Counted from the first letter of the stretch, positions 15,270 to 25,290 are shown. The stretch: 27,603 nt of DNA from an uncultured Thermotogae bacterium (GCA_964443275.1 CAYUCE010000022.1:1-27603), one strand, 5' to 3'. The notes: a model not told the origin generated them from the letters alone. Made by a program: numbers and translations.

Positions 15270-16628
15270 TTGAAAAATTCAAGAATCAAGATGAACGATA
15301 AGAAAAGAAAAACCGATAAGACCAAATTCAAAAAGTTTACTGCCCGAATCAAAAAGTTAGTTCAAAAGCATCCAGCAGATATAGCTGATGAATTGGAAGA
15401 CCTGCCGGAGGAAGCTGCTCTCAAAATCCTCCGCCAACTGCCTCGGGAGATTGAGGTCGATTCGCTGGAAGAAATGGAGCCCACCAATTCAGCAGAACTG
15501 CTAGGCGATCTGGGGATAAAAGAGGCAGCTCTAATTCTGGAGAGGATGGCCCCCGATAACGCAGCCGATCTTCTGGAGGAGCTTACCGACCAAAAGCAGA
15601 AGGCCCTGCTAGAAGAGATGTCCATAAAGGCCTCCCAAGTTTTAAGTACTCTGCTTGCTTATCCGGAGGATACCGCCGGGACCATCATGTCCCCGGAGGT
15701 AATCTCTTTATCCAAAGACATGACCGCCGAGGAGGCTATTGGGGAGCTTAGAAGGAAAGCCGAGAAAGCAGAGACCATATACTATGTTTATGTCACTGAC
15801 CAAGACAAAAGGCTCTTGGGAGTTCTCTCCCTAAGGAATCTCACCCTGGCCCCACCAAACAGAAAATTGGAAGATATATTAAACCCAGAGGTACATACCT
15901 TACAGGCTGGCATGGATAAAGAAGAGGTAGCCCGATTGTTTGATAAATATGACTACTTGACACTACCGGTAGTAGATGATCAGAATCATCTGCTGGGAGT
16001 GGTAACCGTAGACGACATCATAGACGTCATACAAGACGAAGTAACCGAGGATATACACGGGATGGTCGGGGTCTCCGGCGAAGAAAGAGTGTTTTCCCCG
16101 TGGACATTTTCTTTTAAAAAGAGATTGCCCTGGCTTTACATAAACTTAGCCACCGCTATCGCCGCTTCTTTGGTAGTAGGAGCTTTTGAAAGCACCATTG
16201 ATAAGTTAACTGCTTTGGCCGTATTTATGCCTGTGGTGGCCGGCATGGGGGGAAATGCCGGTGCCCAGGCATTGGCAGTTACAGTCAGGGGGCTGGCCTT
16301 AGGAGAGATAGATCCCCAAGAAGGAAAGAAAGCTTTAATGAAAGAAGTTGCGGTGGGAAGCCTCAACGGTATAGCCATCGGGGTGGTAGTGGGAATCCTA
16401 GCCTATCTGTGGCAAGGCAGATTTTTTTTAGGTATAGTGGCCGGAATTGCCATGCTTTTAACTCTGATAATGGCCGGTATCGCCGGGGTGGCAATACCTT
16501 TGGGGCTTAAAGCTTTGGGTCAGGACCCGGCGTTGGCCTCCACCATATTTCTTACTACTGTTACTGACATTATGGGTTTCTTCTTCTTTTTGGGCTTGGC
16601 CGCCGTTTTTATAAATTATTTGGTGTAA
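15270..16628 (+). CDS. mgtE: Magnesium transporter MgtE
   Basis: MgtE N-domain, tandem CBS pair and C-terminal 5-TM MgtE channel domain (…PVVAGMGGNAGAQ…). Alternative ATG start at 15291. Confidence 0.9.
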   Translation: MKNSRIKMNDKKRKTDKTKFKKFTARIKKLVQKHPADIADELEDLPEEAALKILRQLPREIEVDSLEEMEPTNSAELLGDLGIKEAALILERMAPDNAADLLEELTDQKQKALLEEMSIKASQVLSTLLAYPEDTAGTIMSPEVISLSKDMTAEEAIGELRRKAEKAETIYYVYVTDQDKRLLGVLSLRNLTLAPPNRKLEDILNPEVHTLQAGMDKEEVARLFDKYDYLTLPVVDDQNHLLGVVTVDDIIDVIQDEVTEDIHGMVGVSGEERVFSPWTFSFKKRLPWLYINLATAIAASLVVGAFESTIDKLTALAVFMPVVAGMGGNAGAQALAVTVRGLALGEIDPQEGKKALMKEVAVGSLNGIAIGVVVGILAYLWQGRFFLGIVAGIAMLLTLIMAGIAGVAIPLGLKALGQDPALASTIFLTTVTDIMGFFFFLGLAAVFINYLV

Positions 16629-16635
16629 CCTAGGT

Positions 16636-17640
16636 TTAGCCTAAAGCAGCTACATCTTCTCCCCTGAGTTTTTTTCTCATCCGCTCGCTTTCTTTTATCA
16701 AATCCTCATCGATTTGGGTGGTGACCACTTTTGCTCCCCATGTCTTTTTATCGATCTGCTGCAAGAGGCTTTTTTTCCCTTGGCTTTTAAAGATTTCAGC
16801 AATTCGATAAACAGGTGAAAAGCTGCCTGCTATTATCGAAATCTCACAGGATTTAAGGGCGTAATTGTTTCCGTTAAAGGATATAGCCAGGCCACCTTTC
16901 TGCTTTACTAAGGAGAGAGCGGCGGAGTCAGTTATGGAATCTCCGACGTAGATTACCTGGGATAGGTTATTTCCGGTAAGTTTTATGGTTTTCAGGATGC
17001 GATCTACCTTCTCCTTCCCTCCCACCGGCCTAATATTTTTCAAAAAATATCCGGAGTTCATCGGCCAGATCTCTTCCCAAAAGATCTGATCCAGCTCTTG
17101 AATAGTCTCTTGACTGGCGAGCGGAAAATCTTCAAGCGATGAAGCTTTTGGTGGAATATCGATTTGAGGCAAAGCTAGAATCGATCGATAGATTTCTTTA
17201 AGTCGTTCCCCTTCGGACTCATCGATTTTTACCGAACATAGGTTTATCGCAGTGGAGTAGGCGTTCTGGGGCAGGAAATTGAGGTATTCGCATACCGCCA
17301 AAACATAAGGCTCATAAGATGTACTAATGATGAAAGTAGGCATTAACTTAGAGATTTTGCCCACCGTCTCCTTCGCCCCGGGTACTAATCTAAGCCCACT
17401 TCTAGAAAACTTTTGAATCTTCTCTTCAGTTACCTTAAAAGCTAGAAAGAAAGGCAGGATTAACTTTAGGGTGCTCCCGGGTTGGTAGTTTTTCCTTTTT
17501 AGCACATCTGCCAGTAGGTCATCGTATTTACTTAAATTTGCAAAAAACCTATCCCCTTCCGGCAAGAAATGGGAGGTCAGTTCAAAGGCATTATCATTTA
17601 GAGTTATCGGCCCTTCTAGATCGGTATTGAATTGAACCAT
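16636..17640 (-). CDS. HAD-superfamily-like hydrolase family protein (putative). Atypical motif I, FNTDLEGPIT (DxE instead of DxD).
   Basis: N-terminal MVQFNTDLEGPIT and C-terminal YVGDSITDSAAL resemble HAD motifs I and IV. Start chosen at the ATG at 17640. The TTG at 17679 is the alternative. Confidence 0.45.
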   Translation of the reverse strand: MVQFNTDLEGPITLNDNAFELTSHFLPEGDRFFANLSKYDDLLADVLKRKNYQPGSTLKLILPFFLAFKVTEEKIQKFSRSGLRLVPGAKETVGKISKLMPTFIISTSYEPYVLAVCEYLNFLPQNAYSTAINLCSVKIDESEGERLKEIYRSILALPQIDIPPKASSLEDFPLASQETIQELDQIFWEEIWPMNSGYFLKNIRPVGGKEKVDRILKTIKLTGNNLSQVIYVGDSITDSAALSLVKQKGGLAISFNGNNYALKSCEISIIAGSFSPVYRIAEIFKSQGKKSLLQQIDKKTWGAKVVTTQIDEDLIKESERMRKKLRGEDVAALG

Positions 17641-17756
17641 ATTCCTGACTATATTAGCTGACTGGGCATTAAATTCCAACCGGTCACAATCTTACTTAAC
17701 CCTCCATTCGGTTGTATTTGGAAAATGTAGAAATTACCGATAAAATCCAACTGCCA

Positions 17757-19334
17757 ATGAAAGTGCTAACCGGCCAGCAGATGAAAGAGCTCGATGGACA
17801 GGCCATAGAAGAGATGAATATACCTTCTAATTTACTTATGGAAAACGCCGGACGGTCGGCCTCTAAGATAATTAAAGAACAAGTTCCAAGTATTTCCAAT
17901 AAAAGAGCCATAGTCTTTTCCGGAAAGGGAAATAACGGAGGAGATGGCCTGGTTGTAGCCAGGCATCTCTACAATGCTGGAGCCTCAGTTACAGTTTTCA
18001 TTTTAGGTAAAAAAGAGGGGCTTTCTTCGGAGACCAAGACTAATGCCCAAATCTTGGAGAATATAATAAACCGAGGTGAATGTATGCTATCCCTAAATTA
18101 TTTACCTACCAAAGAAAGCCTGGATAAAATGGGTAAAGCTTTGAGGGGGCAGGATATAATTATTGATGCCCTGTTAGGAATTGGAATCAAAGGATCAGTA
18201 CGCGGTTATTATAAGAAAGCAATTAAACTGATAAACGACTCTCCAGCAAAGGTCTTTTCTATCGATGTCCCTTCCGGCCTGCAGGCAGATACCGGCCGGG
18301 TAGGTGGGGAGTGTGTAAAAGCAGATCTAACCACCACCATGGAGCTTCCCAAATTAGGCTGTCTCCTTTATCCGGGGAAAAGATATGTAGGGAAGTTAAA
18401 AGTGGCTCCGGTTGGATATCCCCAAAATTTAGTTAAAAGCTTTCAAAGTAACTGCCAGCTAGTAGATGAGAAATTTGTAACCGAAAACCTCCCTAAAAGA
18501 GACCCCTATAGCCACAAATCCGATTACGGTCGGGTCTTCATCCTTGCCGGTTCTAAAGGGATGACTGGAGCAGCCTGCCTGGCTGCTAACTCCGCTCTGA
18601 GATCGGGGGCCGGGCTTGTATACTTGGGAATACCCGAAAGTCTAAATCCCATCCTAGAAACTAAGCTAACCGAGGTTATCACCCTCCCTTTACCCGATTC
18701 CCAAGGGGTGTTAAGCCAAGAAGCCTTGCCACCCATAGTAGATTTTCTAGACCAGATGCGAATAGATTCAGTGGCTTTAGGTCCAGGTCTTTCCCGAAAT
18801 AAAGAGGTGGCAAATTTATTACGTAATTTGCTTCTCCAAATAAAAGTTCCTTTGGTCATTGACGCGGATGGGATTAACAATCTTATATCCGATCAAAAGA
18901 TCTTTCAAAAACTTAAAACCGATGTGATAATCACTCCCCATCCAGGAGAGCTATCCAGATTGATTAATAAAAATATAGTGGAGATTGAGGCCCACCGACC
19001 ACAGGTGGCTAAACAGGTGGCCGGCGAATTTGCAGTGAACACTTGCCTGAAAGGAGTTCCCACGGTAACTGCTTTACCTGACGGCCGCCTGTATATTAAT
19101 CCTACTGGAAATACCGGCCTGGCCTCCGGGGGAAGCGGTGATGTTTTGTGCGGATTGATGGCTGGGCTCCTAGCCCAAGGTGTAGAACCGGCCGTTGCCG
19201 CTCCGGTGGGGGCATACTTACATGGGCTTGTCGCGGATCGGCTGGAATCTACCGCCGGTCAGCGGGGGATGATAGCCGGAGACCTAGTAAAAGCGCTCCC
19301 CCAGGTCCTAAGAAAGTTCGAATCCAAAAAGTGA
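17757..19334 (+). CDS. nnr: Bifunctional NAD(P)H-hydrate repair enzyme Nnr (epimerase + ADP-dependent dehydratase)
   Basis: N-terminal YjeF_N domain with GKGNNGGDGLVVARHL. C-terminal carbohydrate-kinase-like domain with GSGDVLCG. Start at MKVLTGQQMKELD. Confidence 0.85.
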   Translation: MKVLTGQQMKELDGQAIEEMNIPSNLLMENAGRSASKIIKEQVPSISNKRAIVFSGKGNNGGDGLVVARHLYNAGASVTVFILGKKEGLSSETKTNAQILENIINRGECMLSLNYLPTKESLDKMGKALRGQDIIIDALLGIGIKGSVRGYYKKAIKLINDSPAKVFSIDVPSGLQADTGRVGGECVKADLTTTMELPKLGCLLYPGKRYVGKLKVAPVGYPQNLVKSFQSNCQLVDEKFVTENLPKRDPYSHKSDYGRVFILAGSKGMTGAACLAANSALRSGAGLVYLGIPESLNPILETKLTEVITLPLPDSQGVLSQEALPPIVDFLDQMRIDSVALGPGLSRNKEVANLLRNLLLQIKVPLVIDADGINNLISDQKIFQKLKTDVIITPHPGELSRLINKNIVEIEAHRPQVAKQVAGEFAVNTCLKGVPTVTALPDGRLYINPTGNTGLASGGSGDVLCGLMAGLLAQGVEPAVAAPVGAYLHGLVADRLESTAGQRGMIAGDLVKALPQVLRKFESKK

Positions 19335-19377
19335 AATGGCTTTAGTTAAGCGAATAGCTAAGTGCTGATATCCATCC

Positions 19378-19405
19378 TTGTGTCCCAGTTTCTAAATGGT
19401 ATAAT
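19378..19405 (+). promoter_or_regulatory. Candidate sigma70 promoter with extended -10: -35 TTGTGT (19378-19383), 16-nt spacer, TGgTATAAT (19397-19405)
   Basis: Read directly. The ATG at 19453 is preceded by the RBS AAGGTGGA. Confidence 0.4.
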
Positions 19406-19452
19406 GACCGTGAAATTAAATATATATTTATCGTGTATCAAGGTGGAAAAGT

Positions 19453-22128
19453 ATGCTTGCCGAAAAGCTTGATCAGATGTTTAGACCGGAGTCAATTGCC
19501 ATAATTGGGGCTAGTGAAGAAGAAGGTTCCGTAGGCGGAACTTTAATGCAAAACGTAATAGATAGTTATGAAGGCTCCATATATCCGGTAAACCCAAACC
19601 GAGAAAGTGTTTTTGAAATAGAGACATTCCCCACTGTAAAAGAAGTTGTCGCCCCTATAGATGTTGCAGTTATAGCCACTCCGGCTCCCACGGTTCCAGA
19701 GGTGATGGTTGCCTGCGGGGAAAAGGGAATCCAAGCTTCAATCATTATCTCTGCCGGGTTCAGCGAAACAGGCAAGGAAGGTGCAAAATTAGAGAAAAAG
19801 ATCAAAAAAATAGGAAGTGAGTACGGCATTAGAATACTCGGCCCCAACTGTCTGGGAATTATTCGACCTGCTTCCCATTTAAACCTTACTTTTCTGCAGA
19901 TAACGCCCGATGAGGGAGGCATTACCTTCATCTCCCAGAGTGGAGCAATAGGGTCATCGATTATCGATTGGTCCACCCAAGCACGAGTAGGTTTTTCAAG
20001 CTTTGTGTCCGTAGGTAATATGATAGATGTGGACTTCGGTGATCTAATAGATTACTTCGGACAAGATCCCCAGACGGACAGTATTTTGATGTATATGGAA
20101 TCGGTAACTTCCGCCCGCAAATTCATGAGTGCGGCGGGAGGATTTGCCAGGACCAAACCAATAATGGTGGTAAAATCGGGCAAGCATGCCAGAAGTGCCC
20201 AAGCGGTAGCCTCTCACACCGGCTCACTGGCCGGTGAAGATTCAGTATACGAAGCCGCCTTCAAGCGGGCGGGGATAACTAGGGTGGATCATATAGATGA
20301 TTTGTTTAGTTGTTCGGAGACCTTGGCCAAACAGAATCTACCCGACGGTGCGGAGTTGGTGGTAATAACTAACGCCGGAGGTCCCGGAATTATGGCCACC
20401 GATTCCATTCTGGATCAGAACGGAAAAATAGCCTCCTTGACTGAGGGCACGGTTGATAAGTTAAATGAATTGCTACCTGAGCATGCCTCCAAAAATAACC
20501 CGATAGATGTATTAGGAGATGCAGATGCCAACCGTTACCGAGAATCGATACAGATCTGCTTGGATGATCCCAATGTAAAAGGATTGCTTATTATCTATAC
20601 CCCCCAAGGAGCCGCTTCAGATAAAGAAGTGGCCCAAGCTGTAGCGGATATGGCAAAAACCACCAAAAAACCCATTCTGACTAGTTGGATGGGTGAAAAT
20701 AAGGTCAGTAAGGGTCGAGAAGTACTGAGAACCCATAATATACCTACTATGTCCACTCCCGAGCAAGCGGTTAGTGCCTATATGTATTTATATAGATATG
20801 CCAGAAATTTGGAGCTTCTGTATGAGACCCCGGAAGAATTGCCGGTAGACAGCATGCCCCCCAAACATCACCTAAAAGCCATGGTCAAGAGGGTAGCCCG
20901 TGAAGGCCGAGAAATCTTAACCGAAGTGGAGGCAAAGAAGTTTCTGGATACCTATAATATACCTACTTCCAACACCAAGGTAGCCGAATCAGGAGGACAG
21001 GCTGCCAACATAGCCTCTGATCTAGGATTTCCGGTGGTCTTGAAGATTCACTCACCGGATATCACTCACAAAACCGATGTAGGTGGAGTGGCCTTGAATC
21101 TGTGGTCAAAAGAAGACGTGAAGGAAGCTTTTGAGAAAATCACAAATAAAGCCAAAGAGCATAAACCCTCCGCAAAAATAGGAGGGGTAACTGTACAGCA
21201 AATGATACAGAACGTGGATTTTGAGCTTATTCTAGGATCAAAAAAGGATAGCCTATTTGGATCGGTGATAATGTTTGGTCGGGGAGGAACCGGGGTGGAG
21301 TTATACAAAGATACGGTGGTAGGTTTCCCTCCACTCAATCAAGTGCTCAGCCACCGGATGATGGAGGAGACCAAAGTTTACCAATTACTTAAGGGATATC
21401 GGGGTAAATCTGGTGCAGATATACGGGCCTTGGAGGAATACTTGGCCTGGTTTTCCCAACTTATCATAGATTTTCCGGAGATAAAGGAAATAGACATCAA
21501 CCCTTTGGCAGTAGTAGAGGGTGAGTTTAGGGCTTTGGACGCCCGGATAATCATCGATAAACAGAAGGCGGTTAACTCACCCGGATCACATGAGCACCTG
21601 GTTATCGAGCCTTACCCCCGCCAATACGTAGAAGAGTGGAAGCTAGATGATGGTCGGGAAGTAACCTTACGGCCCATTAGACCCGAAGATGAACCCCTGG
21701 AATTTGAGCTATTTGAGACCTTCTCCAAACAAACTTGGAGATACCGCTTTTTTGGACCTATACAAGAAGTTACCCACAAGGATATGATAAGGTATACCAA
21801 TATCGATTATCGCCGGGAGATGGCTATAATCGGGGTGCTAGAAGAAAACGATAAAGAAAAGATGATCGGGGTGGGTAGGCTTATAATTGAACCCGGTGGC
21901 GATATAGGTGAATACGCTATCGTGGTAGGTGACCCCTGGCAAGGACTGGGGTTGGGAGAGAAGCTAACTGACTCCATAATTGGAGTGGCTGAAGATAAAA
22001 ACCTAAAAAGTATCTATGCCACTATGTTGCAAGGTAACAAAAGAATGATCCAGCTATGCAGGAAGATGGGCTTTCAGGAAATAAAGAGCGATCAAGACAC
22101 AGTAACCATGAATTTGGAACTCCGTTAG
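19453..22128 (+). CDS. Pat/PatZ-like fusion: ADP-forming acetyl-CoA synthetase (CoA-binding, SCS-like and ATP-grasp domains) with a C-terminal GNAT acetyltransferase domain
   Basis: N-terminal CoA-binding IAIIGASEE. Phosphohistidine motif AVASHTGSLAGED, as in ADP-forming acetyl-CoA synthetases. ATP-grasp segment. C-terminal GNAT (…GVGRLIIEP…QGLGLGEKL…). 891 aa. Confidence 0.85.
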   Translation: MLAEKLDQMFRPESIAIIGASEEEGSVGGTLMQNVIDSYEGSIYPVNPNRESVFEIETFPTVKEVVAPIDVAVIATPAPTVPEVMVACGEKGIQASIIISAGFSETGKEGAKLEKKIKKIGSEYGIRILGPNCLGIIRPASHLNLTFLQITPDEGGITFISQSGAIGSSIIDWSTQARVGFSSFVSVGNMIDVDFGDLIDYFGQDPQTDSILMYMESVTSARKFMSAAGGFARTKPIMVVKSGKHARSAQAVASHTGSLAGEDSVYEAAFKRAGITRVDHIDDLFSCSETLAKQNLPDGAELVVITNAGGPGIMATDSILDQNGKIASLTEGTVDKLNELLPEHASKNNPIDVLGDADANRYRESIQICLDDPNVKGLLIIYTPQGAASDKEVAQAVADMAKTTKKPILTSWMGENKVSKGREVLRTHNIPTMSTPEQAVSAYMYLYRYARNLELLYETPEELPVDSMPPKHHLKAMVKRVAREGREILTEVEAKKFLDTYNIPTSNTKVAESGGQAANIASDLGFPVVLKIHSPDITHKTDVGGVALNLWSKEDVKEAFEKITNKAKEHKPSAKIGGVTVQQMIQNVDFELILGSKKDSLFGSVIMFGRGGTGVELYKDTVVGFPPLNQVLSHRMMEETKVYQLLKGYRGKSGADIRALEEYLAWFSQLIIDFPEIKEIDINPLAVVEGEFRALDARIIIDKQKAVNSPGSHEHLVIEPYPRQYVEEWKLDDGREVTLRPIRPEDEPLEFELFETFSKQTWRYRFFGPIQEVTHKDMIRYTNIDYRREMAIIGVLEENDKEKMIGVGRLIIEPGGDIGEYAIVVGDPWQGLGLGEKLTDSIIGVAEDKNLKSIYATMLQGNKRMIQLCRKMGFQEIKSDQDTVTMNLELR

Positions 22129-22168
22129 TTTTCAACAAAGGTATCTATTTAGCCCCATGAAAACCTTT

Positions 22169-22274
22169 GGAATGACACCGAGGCCATCCCCTACATCTGG
22201 CCTATCATAAAAACGTAGAAACATGCCGGAATGACACCGAGGCCATTGTCTACATCTGGCATATCATAAAAACG
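22169..22274. repeat. Two 47-bp direct repeats (22169-22215 and 22228-22274, period 59 bp): GGAATGACACCGAGGCCAT[CCCC/TGTC]TACATCTGGC[C/A]TATCATAAAAACG
   Basis: About 42/47 identity. Each contains an internal inverted repeat (AGGCCA...TGGCCT) and a TATCAT -10-like hexamer. Lies in the 256-bp intergenic region upstream of 22385. Confidence 0.7.
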
Positions 22275-22384
22275 ATCCCCTGTTATGGCTTCTAAAATTG
22301 GTAATATTTTGGTATCTCAACTGTAAGTGAGCCCTTGAATTAAATCCTGACTTTCAGTAAAATCCACCGATAAAGGGATGAGAC

Positions 22385-22936
22385 GTGGGATTCTGGGATA
22401 AGCCGTTAATAATTGCGTTAGCAGTTCTGGTTTTAACCTTAGGTAATTTCTATATTGGGGAGAGGATAACTACCGGGGTGGTGATCTTTTTATTTATTAT
22501 CTATTATTTGTACAGAGAAAAGGAAGGTTTTAGAAGACAACTGGCGGTAAGGAATCTAATGGGGCTTCTGCCGGGAAATTTGCTGCTGCTGCTTGGAATT
22601 TCGACCATGGAAACTCGCCGGGCTTACCTACTTTGGATTTGGCTGGCTATGGTTTTTGGAATTGTTGTTTTTGATCTTTTGGCTAACAAGGACAGGATAG
22701 ATTCATCTTTATCCAAAGCTTTGTTAGGGGGGGGTTATCTATTTATCTGGTCGAGTATCTTTTTTTTAATTTATATGTGGATAATTATGGGTGGAAAAGT
22801 TTCTCCGGAAATTAAAGCTTACTTGGCCTGGGGGATTATTGTGGGAGGCGCAGTATTTTTATCCATTGGTATCTACCGGTTCACTCATCTAAAACTATCC
22901 ACAGGAGGAAGAGAAGTTGAATGCGAGAGGAACTAG
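22385..22936 (+). CDS. Hypothetical integral membrane protein (about 5 TM)
   Basis: Hydrophobic 183-aa ORF. GTG start preceded by AAGGGA. No recognisable family. Confidence 0.5.
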   Translation: MGFWDKPLIIALAVLVLTLGNFYIGERITTGVVIFLFIIYYLYREKEGFRRQLAVRNLMGLLPGNLLLLLGISTMETRRAYLLWIWLAMVFGIVVFDLLANKDRIDSSLSKALLGGGYLFIWSSIFFLIYMWIIMGGKVSPEIKAYLAWGIIVGGAVFLSIGIYRFTHLKLSTGGREVECERN

Positions 22937-22997
22937 CTATGTACGAACACTTTTTGCTAGAGTATATACAAAGTATCAGCAGAAAAAGGAGGAAACC

Positions 22998-23318
22998 TTG
23001 AAAGGAAAATTAAATTTCTGGCCATCATTTGCTCTTATAGGCCTGCAAGGATCAAATTTACCGAATATAGTCCCTTCAATTTTGATTTTGGCCGCCTTTG
23101 TAGCCATATTTTACTTTTTACTTATAAGACCGCAGAGAAAAAGGCAAAAAGAACACCAAGAGTTGGTGAAGAAGCTACAGCGAGGAGATAAAGTAATTAC
23201 CGCTGGAGGAATCCATGGTAAGATCACTAAACTGGGAGAAGACTACCTGATGTTGGAAGTAGAAAGCGGGGTTACCTTGAAGATATCTAGAGGAAGTATA
23301 GCCGAAAAGGAGGAGTAG
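22998..23318 (+). CDS. yajC: Preprotein translocase subunit YajC
   Basis: ...FYFLLIRPQRKRQKEHQELVKKLQRGDKVITAGGIHGKI... is typical of YajC. TTG at 22998 is preceded by a strong RBS AAAAAGGAGG. The ORF track's ATG at 22917 gives an implausibly long N-terminus. Confidence 0.8.
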   Translation: MKGKLNFWPSFALIGLQGSNLPNIVPSILILAAFVAIFYFLLIRPQRKRQKEHQELVKKLQRGDKVITAGGIHGKITKLGEDYLMLEVESGVTLKISRGSIAEKEE

Positions 23319-23320
23319 TA

Positions 23321-24688
23321 TTGGATCGGCGAAACTTAATTAAAATAGGAGTAATCGGGGCAGTGGTAATTATTGCTTTATATTTCCTTTATCCACCCGG
23401 CGAATCAATTAATCTGGGATTAGACCTCAAGGGTGGTTCCCGGTTGGTCTTGCAGGCCAAGATCCCGGAGGATGCTCCCCCGCAGGAAAAAGATGATATG
23501 GTTAACCGGATAATCACTATTTTAACCAACCGAGTAAATCAATACGGCCTGGCCAATCCGGTGATAACCAAGATGGGCCAGGAAAGGATATTGGTAAAAC
23601 TTCCCGGAACTAAAGATCCGGAGGTGGCCAGACAGCTTATAGGTAGAACCGCAATGTTAGAATTCAAAAAAGTGGTAAAAGCTGGAGACAGCCCCCAAGA
23701 CCAAGTAGAGCCGGAGAGTTTCAAACAAGAGGTATTAGAAAACAGAACAGGGGTCCCCTTTATAGTTCAAAAGAGGCCACTTCTTACCGGAAAGGCCTTA
23801 GCCGACGCCAGGGTCCAGATAAGATCCGCCTCCTCCGGCTCCATTCAAAATCCTAACCGGATTTTTATAGCCTTGACCTTCAATAATGAGGGAGCAAAGA
23901 GGTTCGTCCAAGTACTAACACAGGATCTTGAAGTGGACGACCGGTTAGCCATCGTTTTGGATGATGTAATACATAGCGCTCCCCGTATTACCCAATCCAT
24001 TAAAGATGCCGCCCAAGGTGGATGGAGACAGATCAAGAGTTCCACTACAATTACAGGACAGTATACCCCGGATGAAGCTAGGAGGCTTTCCATAGTACTT
24101 AGAGCCGGTGCTCTACCCGCAGAGGTAGAAATTATCCAGGAAAACTCAGTGGGACCCACCTTGGGACAAGATTCCATAAGAAGGGGAATAATCACCATTG
24201 CCACCGGATTTTTACTTATCCTCTTATATATGCCTATTCGATACCGCTGGTTAGGTCTAGTAGCCGATCTGGCTTTGGTCTTAAATATGATAATTATATT
24301 TGGAAGCCTGGCTGCTTTTGGGGCTGCCTTGACCCTTCCGGGGATTGCCGGAGTTATTTTAACTATCGGTATTACTGTGGATGCCAACGTAATTATATTT
24401 GAGCGAATAAAAGAGGAAAGAAGAAGCGGTAAACCACCGGTAGCTTCTATAACCGGAGGTTTTAAGAAATCACTTTCCGCGGTCCTAGATGCAAATATAA
24501 CCACCCTTGCCGCGGCTTTTATCCTGCTTTTCTTCGGTACCGGACCGGTGAGAGGGTTTGCCATAACCTTGGGTATAGGTATTGTGGGCAGCTTGTTCTG
24601 TGCACTTTTTGTTACCAGGTTTATACTGGAGGTTACCCCACTTTCTGAACGTCTGCCGGTAGCTGGCGAATCAGCAAGAGCGCACTAG
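23321..24688 (+). CDS. secD: Protein translocase subunit SecD
   Basis: N-terminal TM, LGLDLKGGSRLVLQA motif, large periplasmic domain and C-terminal 5-TM SecD/F domain. 455 aa. Confidence 0.9.
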   Translation: MDRRNLIKIGVIGAVVIIALYFLYPPGESINLGLDLKGGSRLVLQAKIPEDAPPQEKDDMVNRIITILTNRVNQYGLANPVITKMGQERILVKLPGTKDPEVARQLIGRTAMLEFKKVVKAGDSPQDQVEPESFKQEVLENRTGVPFIVQKRPLLTGKALADARVQIRSASSGSIQNPNRIFIALTFNNEGAKRFVQVLTQDLEVDDRLAIVLDDVIHSAPRITQSIKDAAQGGWRQIKSSTTITGQYTPDEARRLSIVLRAGALPAEVEIIQENSVGPTLGQDSIRRGIITIATGFLLILLYMPIRYRWLGLVADLALVLNMIIIFGSLAAFGAALTLPGIAGVILTIGITVDANVIIFERIKEERRSGKPPVASITGGFKKSLSAVLDANITTLAAAFILLFFGTGPVRGFAITLGIGIVGSLFCALFVTRFILEVTPLSERLPVAGESARAH

Positions 24689-24803
24689 CTATCCCACTGG
24701 ACGGGTATGGTTAAGAAGAAGCTATTAGTCCCACGCGGCTTGAGTTTTGAAGTGCTAATCTTTGGGTACTAATCACTGATACCTAACAACTGGTACCTAG
24801 TAC

Positions 24804-25208
24804 CTATCTAGGTCTTATAGCGACGATCTTATTAAATATATTGGCCGATACTTTTACCAATTTATCTTCTTCTCCTAATTCATCTACTACCTCTTTTAGC
24901 TTTCTGACTACCTGCTTATCGGTCATGCAGTTTAGTGGATACTTTTTGCCGTGTACGGTTTTTATTCTGGTAAGTGAAAATTGGCAGTCAAACATCCCTT
25001 CTGAGCTAATCTGGCCAAAATTAAAATCATGTGCGTTGTCGCCTTCTCTGGCCAAAATTAACACCGCATACCAAGAGCGCTCTTGAAACTCATCTTGGTG
25101 GTTCAAGATTTCTTTTGAGATATCTCTTCCCTCTTTAAGATCCAATAAAATCTCTTCTATCTCCGGTTGTTCGTCTGACCACCAGCTAACTGCCTTTACT
25201 CGGCTCAT
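24804..25208 (-). CDS. Hypothetical cytoplasmic protein, no recognisable family
   Basis: 134-aa ORF. Acidic, no TM segment. Isolated on the minus strand between secD and hflK. Confidence 0.45.
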   Translation of the reverse strand: MSRVKAVSWWSDEQPEIEEILLDLKEGRDISKEILNHQDEFQERSWYAVLILAREGDNAHDFNFGQISSEGMFDCQFSLTRIKTVHGKKYPLNCMTDKQVVRKLKEVVDELGEEDKLVKVSANIFNKIVAIRPR

Positions 25209-25290
25209 TTTTCACCACTAATTATCTTACCAAAAGAAAAAGCACCATAGCAAGTCGGCCACCCAAGTTGGCATCTTTTCATTCGTCCGA

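Noticed and set aside
22129-22168. Inverted repeat CAAAGGT-n21-ACCTTTG after the acs/pat gene as a terminator
   Set aside because: The long 21-nt loop and the absence of a following U-tract make an intrinsic terminator call unsupported.
23845-24564. 239-aa minus-strand ORF inside secD. The same applies to the antisense ORFs inside the MMPL, acs/pat, guaB and hflC genes (for example 6933-7307, 19566-19976, 13078-13419, 26692-27078)
   Set aside because: They are antisense to strongly supported conserved genes and have no motifs. Typical shadow ORFs.
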